Notes under the pieces: model-generated
Told to the model about the DNA's origin: nothing
The model's input: the letters and a program-made list of their open reading frames with translations, nothing else
Databases searched by the model: none
Position numbers and translations under genes: made by a program
NCBI GenBank assembly: GCA_002716355.1
Contig: PBAU01000003.1
Span: 300,001-332,000, forward strand
Length of the DNA stretch: 32,000 nucleotides
Reading direction: 5' to 3'
Source of the DNA: a bacterium
Lineage (GTDB): Bacteria; UBP7; UBA6624
In this document: positions 29,001 through 32,000 of the stretch, piece by piece
Numbering within the stretch: position 1 is the stretch's first letter
Layout: each line of letters starts with the position of its first letter

Positions 29001-29455
29001 TCATTTTCTTCAGTACATCTTGAATCAATACTTCCAACCTGAACCTTGTTCCCCTCTTCATCCAGAATGTATGCAAACGGAGCAACTGTAACTTCTGGAC
29101 CTTGATTAATTCTTAAAACAAGACGTGTGTAACCTTTTTTACCTCTTTCATCCCTAACCTCAAACTCAAGTTCGACAGTTGTACCAATTACTGGAATGCC
29201 GAAAAGAGTCCCTGTTCCTGGATCAAACTCCAAACCATTAGGGAGCTGTTCTTGATTCAATAAAGAAATATCAAGATCACCACTACCGCCATTAGCCTGC
29301 AGAACCATACTGTAAGATTCATCAACCTGTCCAGGTTCTAAAGCACCTGTTGTAAAAGCAGGCGATCCAACCTCTTGACTGTCTCCACCACTACAGGCAG
29401 AAAATATGATTGAGAAAAGAATTACACAAAATGTTGATTTAATGAATTTTTTCAT
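17072..29455 (-). CDS. giant (~4127 aa) Cys-rich acidic multidomain lipoprotein: He_PIG-like Ig module, ~14 diverged PKD-like modules, BNR/Asp-box segments and unassigned modules; putative surface adhesin / glycan-binding protein
   Basis: Uninterrupted 12.4 kb ORF. I place the start at ATG 29455-29453 (M11 of the ORF-track protein) because GGAGG (29467-29463 on the minus strand) lies 7 nt upstream; the track start at 29485 is a TTG with no SD. Signal peptide plus lipobox, then recognisable PKD, He_PIG and Asp-box motifs (see sub-features). Confidence 0.95.
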   Translation of the reverse strand: MKKFIKSTFCVILFSIIFSACSGGDSQEVGSPAFTTGALEPGQVDESYSMVLQANGGSGDLDISLLNQEQLPNGLEFDPGTGTLFGIPVIGTTVELEFEVRDERGKKGYTRLVLRINQGPEVTVAPFAYILDEEGNKVQVGSIDSRCTEENDETCSFVTDSTTSIDHSVIDLYVEFQESDADDNVVVEWTQVSPSQCRGTVTTNEGQVLLEPFYPLTPATNLQDEEGQIISNQYYSHAVWHAPNLDEDAGCAQTDIPVTLRVRMSDDKGGYTESDINLTVNYVAEFNSPATVTAFEWEDEKNDPRNSEIIEPGASSGGSFNSDDISDDGSGGSNDNNYVWLAAEFQNGNVSESENISLVSWNVDLIGENLPFEGSIEIGMPSNSRVGDVSNDPSSGLLCTNQPGQQPVFCGRFRPLTDRDVQLTSDQYEITVTAQDIFGGVGSTTWLITVSDSGTSSGGGGGGPAFKNSIPVITGSNPQAQITMEVSETTGSTRQVTVSADDSNSDIIRYWWSLDVNNPNATPQSCVTDSVNLWGSDNWSWSPDAGFNSLVDNGGNGVILSNSVVRNPDFNIDNSILKVLDTVNSSAAISSVGFSFGQGQCGGAAAGTTCIRVDNILAFGGVNPNTNIPIRLSDDAGTEYTDTFILSITADPDPLNAPAGNLEISTTLNEDYAISNNARVSIRCAMPISVSVADQIAMQGFLDNGDGTSKNVIEDTDVLQDFSRICGSSNVVGNPLCDWGHFVVVFPDSSESCSPYAEPDWNTDGCYQRAQITSVDVQAGTLGLDRFLTLDTNDQYQILGCDLGGVFTPSDSSDDCESSDESIVTVVYSSPNVNDPPQITSGPSIADDPIFESPLNSAASDASKTTVSVSIEDADGPGNCAPTWTDPCGTTKYYWTDWKGSNNNANTRAYLTTDAFSTSSTVSVQGSCNRHNQYRPIRISDSSDPTGFDTTIVECTESGNFGNFVATITLADTLTNNYLTSNNAILEHRQWGSYGPSASIESNDGIWAKSGVSGIVWTAPSAELNGVDLWTGEADFRIRVVAVDGTCRYPGILDFPEAQLCDSASASVGVINNVAPSANLSFEILDDTPTNLRVEFDASSSFDLDSGPDALQYQWDFDTDGTNDLTTLNSTYIHTYTANAPFYDATLTVTDGISTDSEVVRVQVNQAPEVPKIWVYGVDEDPANCATCEQGAFTAGLDDFTVLNPIGTNPTEFFNPAPGKFIGFGVGVCDDDALQTLEWDLDYDGVSFFADVIESDVANIDVADPNFIPVNDPANICANSTEQNFYQWELNSTNGIDGLGTQMNFGSDYRIAVRVVDEEGATSNLMCLNVYSGSWDAKLCREGDPQSNSEIPLTVGNDEMISGDIGEFDAYPFLPAEGTDSSWSQGQHNIHFTQTGPDEGVLHTIWMSSSLEECLGGQTQIRYRKGAYLNGNVSWEEAQNISHQQGTPVCSSNSETPNMVIDPVNSDHIIVFFGDDATGDLDIYWVESIDAGATWSSRNSMPGLANSDLRASGQGAQTQPSLTIEPATGGPFDGFWHLSFVEASSGRAKMFHMMSSDQGATWIDGNSFTQRVNNAPQVHIRDLSGSISTGMATNEFGPELECWVSDYEDDGGFSAPQPAVCEWNANYDTNITRTGGFGNSNFVEANSCENDNDWTSPGTNTFTNYSYATTGLKRVGARYTDNDGAVGCGVIWVPVNNNQDRPPVSVMRLRNASNSNRAVGELDETGNLAVEAQCAWRVSAFGDNNRGSYDPDGTSFTCEFVQDWDGSSSSWTPDHTVNCNPNVNPAAGTNCAVDLNYSNSVFDAGDNRTRVGMRACSGGPNPGECSPIIWSYLYVDDYQNQAPVVLLRLREDQNESCPMASAGVLDHNLATPSFSVCLDAKASFDREDEIVNFGNGSLDCDSSSIASAGSEPILSDNGDGTGKCTFREVGDYVVTYDLIDNNGETGSRSLTISVGYGDDPSSDGYQHDINAGNSVPQAVAIVKPFVDSVRNVSEYDNVGNASVYLDGRRSVDADGEVVAWDWDLNYDGITFNVDVSGNELNSSVDLTFGNDVPGANYREGTIALRATDNLGGTNIHAVTYRVMPNENEAPQGAISASPFLAGFAPLSVDFSAVAIDTDDATWTDPTDCDGCTYEWDFDVLGGVFTVDSTNESENVTFSEEKDYTVGLRITDADGGLSTVITTVIHVGDCPNDGTPCDTSLKNRQPQAYFFISGASGSLGTYDPSGSYFVDFDGSRSDDLDGNINEYQPTCNGGTLSEWSGTSDPTWRCSYDEVNDGTGVKTVTLTVTDDGGLRDDSGDANTILPTDSVRSHTVNLDVYVSDMNQDPMGSIKVTGVYYNHDSQQPVPWNTALSLDADTNMSAGSGISSREIDCNWVHNLAFDNPGMTQESGSCSVAIDGMVTGANLLTVKVLDDESFPSEDVRTVVVYVDEAGPGQQRPVALADYTGSLTVGSSSTTHNVEIDLNNSWDPDNDSLEYRIDCGAGQIFDFAVGTCSFPNPVGGPVFEIVEYSVCDNGTVGGCGFSVEPLIRDHIEFTDYVIVADGVCATGVFADNVGVRVSNQIGDSDDRTVEVGGCDPTDPITDVVSNAQINSTSVDIPDGECVAQQFRIGNPIRIEDDNMFGAGPTTTTVTNCTPGSPDVLEFADPLLETVQAGDNARLISLLDTVRVDGGILGGGMSPAYLVDDGAQIEEVREGNIGSAATAGDNQLQLDTGACADVELNLVRGRQGLVKEAGSVTSTFTIDTCGVVGPDIITFPEPLRDDYSTNGIIDMNDNIDIEYLIFEIWENRAPIVVAHEENTDWVVPVGGVTSWHSRAQGEDPLYLSWDPDGDSLQYSWECDGTAAGNASAQDCEFETVGRPAVSLVVSDGDLSGQDNHNIARATNTTPMPILYVDPQTDFLPVVDNLLTSNNIVLVGNSTIDLENQLSNPPWSTTFEWDCGDANAPNISPPFSPGPFTYDLCSYAASNTPLIPYSVGPIELVVNDPHVSPGCSDYFCLPGSTSLSQIPVRNMLNRAPRAAISGPENWDPNTNPTNPWIEDHLNWVGTFDVSISSAPNFNGQFSVDLSAHNSIDPDDQVLTYTWDCGNGTGGVGSTHTCTYDDNQANPQVRDGLTDLNNDSNGDMWIVTLTVEDTMGLTDTDTVNVRVIEQLGPQSAVFPSDADSQVNFWEADADPGLVDLKSPDADLLDVFADGTYMFPKPLNAFAGVNPGGCPFAELPNCNPVDILFDSIVHLDASRSLDPYGRNVFVQVDCDWDNDPNNFSVDMSGSTLSADPVAEPAWFEHVCRDQVSGAALWNGTDEPNSGDSSTYTAKRNISIRVCETESIASCASAREDISSFDMTVWRNRIPLAHMTIQDPVFSGDSSRDVDYSARSSWDPDGDPILFGDGAGTIDKDGIANYSGIGDDICPDGTTFCDDKDQVPQWRCDDSGSWPYQTGFGNNKAIWNANQGHRIGVANGDSDLGDQGINGSDSFRCLVSGQGVTFRPSLYLSDGDPSDEGYSLESCIEYSDGGATASTLDENVCANGSPIHLGGVGNGLTVNNPPVAWIIQQTDGDLFGITPFTISLSADHYDPDGDTLSADFNSNTGFEWDFHYSRSWYWGGNDDDVLNINDFNYQADDVSDFDIDSAGVWNFAVRATTQGTHTALVQSDGSGAQCFDEDNMFAAYPCDTGLLDLPQSFWDNGNLAIGSGDCKFGIQDQLSGEWVAEGGVFLLKDEDAAMYNIGQPVEVFAGGQVFVQGSVCDVIDIPTSFQGLDGDLSRVYVNWSGALFQPMPVGETFIRNTDNTLTGTEELKTFTVVTDGYIGNLQIPTRHSQSGNILSSGGSVGTVGDTQNDFHASALGQWAAWSVIDSEDQRPDSTVVGQSDNEPFGQYSLFFDSSPPNNPEHTVMFNRFVHTSDDPAIKGATSQYGGWFNMNYEDQFVGSTQGGTNIANLDSFGFGVAIDSAACSSDALTGVCRNVTTINTGLYPSLADVSKTSNTASPDMFVAFSTANQTLTKKTTDRGRNWSGASQVNNSGSGASPLYLRVSADISDDIFAISWADTAVNSTERVTLGCTDNMDPIWQLSDYSIGDPIQSPDVQHSPSIEIFGDKIFTLWTDNRRGGQSSEEIFFSIFDGSDSLGNPTSCYQ
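17075..17580 (-). other. C-terminal BNR-like segment of the giant protein (boundaries approximate)
   Basis: Degenerate Asp-box TTDRGRNW (17461-17438). Blade-like strands DMFVAFST, IFAISWAD, IFTLWTDNRRGGQSSEEIFFSIF resemble the WxDxRxG...IY pattern of BNR_2-type propellers. Confidence 0.5.
24735..25300 (-). other. internal BNR/Asp-box (sialidase-like beta-propeller blade) segment of the giant protein (boundaries approximate)
   Basis: Two Asp-boxes of S-x-D-x-G-x-T-W type: SIDAGATW (24994-24971) preceded by DLDIYWVE, and SSDQGATW (24793-24770) preceded by KMFHMM. Confidence 0.6.
25950..26240 (-). other. best-preserved canonical PKD domain in the giant protein (coordinates approximate)
   Basis: NVAPSANLSFEI...VEFDASSSFDLDSGPDALQYQWDFDTDGTND...YIHTYTANAPFYDATLTVTDGISTDSEVVRVQVN carries the WDFGDG-like core, HxY and TLTVTD signatures. 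Confidence 0.8.
29105..29362 (-). other. He_PIG-type putative Ig domain (dystroglycan/cadherin-like) of the giant protein
   Basis: PAFTTGALEPGQVDESYSMVLQANGGSG...LPNGLEFDPGTGTLFGIPVIGTTVELEFEVRD contains the LPxGLxFDxxTGxxxGxP signature of that family. Confidence 0.7.
29393..29455 (-). other. SPase II (lipoprotein) signal peptide and lipobox of the giant protein
   Basis: MKKFIKSTFCVILFSIIFSAC-SGGD: basic n-region, hydrophobic h-region, lipobox F-S-A-C with the Cys codon at 29395-29393, Ser at +2. Confidence 0.75.
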
Positions 29456-29592
29456 AATGTTACCTCCGTTTAGTAAACCTTTCAATCGTATATCAAAATA
29501 AGAGAAAATAAATCAAAAAAGATGGTTTTTAATTTTTTATAAAAAAATTATAGAATGAACAATAAGCGTTAAATAAATAATATGGAGGTCTC
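29456..29592. promoter_or_regulatory. divergent intergenic region between the giant gene and fbp, with candidate back-to-back -10 boxes
   Basis: 137 bp, very AT-rich. TAGAAT at 29551-29556 (plus strand, for fbp). TATAAT on the minus strand at 29552-29547 (for the giant gene). No convincing -35 for either; such hexamers arise by chance in AT-rich DNA. SD sites: GGAGG 29584-29588 (fbp) and 29467-29463 (giant gene). Confidence 0.25.
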
Positions 29593-30762
29593 ATGACTAA
29601 AACAACCTTAACAGTAATAAAAGCAGACATAGGAGGTTTTGTAGGGCATTCTGCAATTCATCCAGATTTAATAGTAAAAGCAGAAGAGGAGCTTCAATCC
29701 TCAAAAGACAAAGGTCAAATTAAAGATTTTAGAGTTCTATGGGTAGGAGATGACATGGCCTTAGTAATGACACATGACAAAGGTGAAAACTCAAAAGAGA
29801 TTCACAAGCTTGGTTGGGACACTTTTGTAGAAGGTACAAAGGTTGCAAAAAAACTAAAGCTTTATGGTGCAGGACAAGATCTTTTGTCTGAAGGATTTTC
29901 AGGAAACATCAAAGGGATGGGTCCTGGATGTGCTGAAATGGAATTTGAAGAAAGGACCAGTGAGCCTTTTATTGTTTTTCTTGCAGATAAAACTAGCCCT
30001 GGAGCATGGAACTTCCCCGCTTACAAAATGTTTGCGGATCCGTTTAACACTCCTGGTTTAGTTATTGATGAGAATATGCATGCTGGATTTGAATTTGACA
30101 TAATGGATGTAAAAAATAACAAAATAATAACTTTAAAAGCCCCTGAAGAGTCATACAAGATACTTGCTTTTATAGGCGCTGTTGAAACATACGTGATAAA
30201 AAACATAAGAAGGAGAGGTGACAAAATGCCATCTGCGACAATGTCAACAGATAAACTTTCACTTCTGGCAGGTAAATACATTGGAAAAGATGACCCTGCA
30301 ATGATTGTTAGATGTCAATCTGGTTTGCCAGCAGTTGGAGAAGTCACAAATCCATTCGCTTTTCCACACTTGGTGCCTGGGTGGATGAGAGGATCTCACA
30401 CTGGGCCAATGATGCCATGCTCTTTTGAAGATTCAAATCCAAGTAGATTTGATGGTCCACCAAGGGTAATAGGTGCTGGTTTTCAAATTGCTGAAGGCAT
30501 GCTTGTAGGACCAAGGGATATGTTTAATGATCCTGGTTTTGATAATGCTCGACAGAAAGCAAATGATATTGCTGATTACATGAGAATGCATGGACCATTT
30601 GAACCACATAGACTTCCACCAGACCAAATGGAATATACAACTTTACCCAAGATACAAAAAGAAGTAAAACAAAGATGGATGGAATGCAGTGATGGGCCAA
30701 GTACTAAAGATTTAGCTGACCAACATGCCTACCAGGCAACAAAAGATGATGAGCTTGAATAA
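29593..30762 (+). CDS. fbp: bifunctional fructose-1,6-bisphosphate aldolase/phosphatase (class V FBPase)
   Basis: The N-terminus MTKTTLTVIKADIGGFVGHSAIHPDL matches the hallmark (I/V)IKADIG(S/G)xxGH start of the archaeal-type FBP aldolase/phosphatase. Size 389 aa, MPCSFEDS and GPFEPHRLP regions. GGAGG SD 4 nt upstream. Confidence 0.9.
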   Translation: MTKTTLTVIKADIGGFVGHSAIHPDLIVKAEEELQSSKDKGQIKDFRVLWVGDDMALVMTHDKGENSKEIHKLGWDTFVEGTKVAKKLKLYGAGQDLLSEGFSGNIKGMGPGCAEMEFEERTSEPFIVFLADKTSPGAWNFPAYKMFADPFNTPGLVIDENMHAGFEFDIMDVKNNKIITLKAPEESYKILAFIGAVETYVIKNIRRRGDKMPSATMSTDKLSLLAGKYIGKDDPAMIVRCQSGLPAVGEVTNPFAFPHLVPGWMRGSHTGPMMPCSFEDSNPSRFDGPPRVIGAGFQIAEGMLVGPRDMFNDPGFDNARQKANDIADYMRMHGPFEPHRLPPDQMEYTTLPKIQKEVKQRWMECSDGPSTKDLADQHAYQATKDDELE

Positions 30763-30767
30763 AAAAT

Positions 30768-30795
30768 TTGACTAAAAAATATTTAATAATAGTAT
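30768..30795 (+). promoter_or_regulatory. candidate sigma70-type promoter for the downstream lipoprotein gene
   Basis: TTGACT (30768-30773), 16-nt spacer, TAGTAT (30790-30795), about 70 nt upstream of ATG 30866. Sequence match only. Confidence 0.3.
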
Positions 30796-30865
30796 TAGCT
30801 ATCTTTGTCGCACTTTTGGCATTTGTCAAAACTGCCATATACTTTATTTCGGTATCTTCAAGAGC

Positions 30866-31279
30866 ATGAAAAAAATATTTTTAACTATCTTGCTTGCCAG
30901 CATTACCTCATGCCTTGCAGAAAAAACAACAGTTGGGAAAATATGCACAAAAATTAAAACAAATCCTAATTTGGTTGAAGAATACAATAAAGGTAAAAAA
31001 TTCAAACTTCCATTATTCTTCTTTGACCTAACATTTCTACCTGAAGGAAAACAACAATGGGTTGGAAAAGATCCGACTGGAAAAGCTTATGCAAGAGTCA
31101 CCATGAGCAATAAAGAAGGTCAAAAAATAGGCCAAGAATGCATCAGCAGCTATGAAGCGAAGTGCACTTTTTATATCCAAGGTTTTTTTTCAGAATATCT
31201 AACAGAGGAAAAAGGGTATGGAAACAATTGTGAAATCAGGCTCGAAAAAGTAAAGGTTTTAAATAAGATAAAAAAATGA
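30866..31279 (+). CDS. small hypothetical lipoprotein (137 aa)
   Basis: MKKIFLTILLASITSC-LAEK is a signal peptide with a lipobox-like I-T-S-C. Four further Cys. No family recognised. Confidence 0.6.
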   Translation: MKKIFLTILLASITSCLAEKTTVGKICTKIKTNPNLVEEYNKGKKFKLPLFFFDLTFLPEGKQQWVGKDPTGKAYARVTMSNKEGQKIGQECISSYEAKCTFYIQGFFSEYLTEEKGYGNNCEIRLEKVKVLNKIKK

Positions 31280-31440
31280 TAAACAAAATTTGGCTCTACT
31301 GGTTACTCTTTGTCATTTTTTGGAATTACGGCTGGCCAGATGTTGATCCAATATGGGATGTCAGTGTTGCGGTTTTTTTATCTTTATCATTTCAACACTA
31401 CAAAAAATCAATCAGAAGTAGGAAGGAACTCAAGGAATAA
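31276..31440 (+). CDS. 54-aa Trp-rich predicted small membrane protein (absent from the ORF track, below its length cutoff)
   Basis: ATGA start/stop overlap with the preceding lipoprotein gene. Hand translation: MINKIWLYWLLFVIFWNYGWPDVDPIWDVSVAVFLSLSFQHYKKSIRSRKELKE, i.e. two hydrophobic segments and a basic tail. Stop TAA at 31438-31440. Confidence 0.35.
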   Translation: MINKIWLYWLLFVIFWNYGWPDVDPIWDVSVAVFLSLSFQHYKKSIRSRKELKE

Positions 31441-32000
31441 ATTAAAATCTGCAACTCTGTTTACTGATAAATCTTCAGAAAAACCAATTCTGAAAAAATA
31501 TTCATTTATCCTGAATCTAGCAGAAAGATACAATTCAGTAACCTGACCTTCTAAAGTGCTATTCACAGGACCTGTCCAAAGATTTGTAGATGAAACAATT
31601 CCAAAATTCAAAACATTTTCATAAACCTTCTTTTCCCTAAAGGCTGAAAAAGCAAAAAACCCAGTTCCCTCAAGGGTTTCGATGTCAAGTCCACCAAACC
31701 ACCCTCCACCATACTCTCCAAACCATTTACCGTACTTGTATTTTTTATAAACCGCCAAACTTGGACCTGAGTATAAATCCAAGGGTCCAACACCAGGAAA
31801 AACAACAGCCTTCAAGATTAAATCATTTTCCATATCTTTTGAAACCCTTAAAGGACTTACTCCAAAACCAGAATCACGAACCTCCCATAAAACATCTCCG
31901 TCATGTTCAAAACTCATTAAAACTTGATTTTTTGGCATGTTGGGCCGATCCCCTACAGGTAAACCCCAAAAATCATGCCAAGAATCAATTGGAGAATCCA
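31408..32000 (-). CDS. hypothetical beta-rich protein, 5'-truncated by the window edge (possibly an outer-membrane-associated family; unassigned)
   Basis: The reading frame stays open upstream of the track ATG (31938) to the window end (...DSPIDSWHDFWGLPVGDRPNMPKNQ...), so the N-terminus is probably outside the window. Gly/aromatic-rich alternating pattern (WFGEYGGGWFGGLDIE). It does not end in a terminal aromatic residue, so I make no OMP barrel claim. Confidence 0.5.
   Translation of the reverse strand, partial: DSPIDSWHDFWGLPVGDRPNMPKNQVLMSFEHDGDVLWEVRDSGFGVSPLRVSKDMENDLILKAVVFPGVGPLDLYSGPSLAVYKKYKYGKWFGEYGGGWFGGLDIETLEGTGFFAFSAFREKKVYENVLNFGIVSSTNLWTGPVNSTLEGQVTELYLSARFRINEYFFRIGFSEDLSVNRVADFNLFLEFLPTSD

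Noticed and set aside
17713-29023. About 25 short ORFs (60-100 aa) on both strands nested inside the giant gene in the ORF track, for example 17787-18041, 19537-19839, 21392-21682 and 25751-25996.
   Set aside because: All are embedded in a 12.4 kb ORF that has clear domain signatures. They have low-complexity or stop-adjacent translations, no SD and no recognisable motifs. They are shadow ORFs.
17072-29455. Higher GC of the giant gene (sampled 60-nt lines mostly ~42%, one at 30%) versus the flanks (sampled lines ~23-27%), as possible evidence of horizontal acquisition.
   Set aside because: A sampled line in hppA (undoubtedly core) is also ~40% GC, so the contrast tracks amino-acid composition (Gly/Ala/Asp/Thr-rich versus Lys/Ile/Asn-rich). 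There is no flanking tRNA, integrase or direct repeat. My hand-sampled counts are too few to support an island call.
29456-29485. The ORF-track start of the giant gene at 29485 (adds MKGLLNGGNI).
   Set aside because: That codon is TTG with no upstream SD. ATG 29455 has GGAGG at the ideal 7-nt spacing and yields a canonical n-region, h-region and lipobox signal peptide.
30817-30837. An inverted repeat TGGCA-N11-TGCCA upstream of the small lipoprotein gene, considered as a sigma54 -24/-12 element or an operator.
   Set aside because: The arms are only 5 bp. The GG-N10-GC spacing of sigma54 promoters is not met, and the loop is too large for a terminator. It may well be a chance match.
31310-31546. 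The 78-aa plus-strand ORF listed in the track.
   Set aside because: It overlaps the convergent 31408-32000 gene by ~140 nt. It has a non-protein-like sequence and no coupling or SD. The 54-aa frame starting at the ATGA junction (31276) explains this region better.
1-32000. A search by eye for CRISPR repeats, tRNA/rRNA genes, IS elements/integrases, toxin-antitoxin pairs, restriction-modification genes or other defence genes.
   Set aside because: None found. The largest non-coding gaps are 137 bp and 103 bp, too small or too AT-rich to hold a tRNA or an array, and every ORF over 100 aa outside the giant gene is accounted for.

Overview
AT-rich, very tightly packed bacterial chromosome segment. 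Many adjacent genes overlap by 4-11 nt and intergenic spacers are mostly under 50 bp, which fits a streamlined, probably uncultured marine-type genome; that taxonomic guess is inference only. About 60% of the window is ordinary housekeeping. On the plus strand: ahcY (5' partial), rmlB, an RCK-gated 2-TM channel, rdgB, plsY, gpsA, a class V fructose-1,6-bisphosphate aldolase/phosphatase and a small lipoprotein. A 12 kb minus-strand string carries M24 peptidase, orf106, a tryptophanase-family lyase, an SRPBCC protein, thiL, tsaE, tsaB, an acyl-CoA dehydrogenase, rpsT, glyQS, hppA, pyrB and carA. The remaining ~39% (17072-29455, minus strand) is one uninterrupted gene for a ~4127-aa Cys-rich, acidic lipoprotein. 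It is built from a He_PIG-like Ig module, about 14 mutually diverged PKD-like modules, two BNR/Asp-box segments and unclassified modules, including a thrice-repeated ~30-residue two-cysteine loop. I found no rRNA, tRNA, CRISPR array, transposase/integrase, toxin-antitoxin or recognisable defence genes, and no multi-gene novel system. The giant lipoprotein and its unassigned internal modules are the only substantial candidate for novelty. Smaller oddities are an S20 protein with a (KATKA)4 tail encoded by a 15-bp tandem repeat, a channel with a non-canonical TVGNVAG filter, and a 54-aa translationally coupled membrane ORF missing from the ORF track. All domain calls rest on motifs read by eye from the translations; no database search was run.
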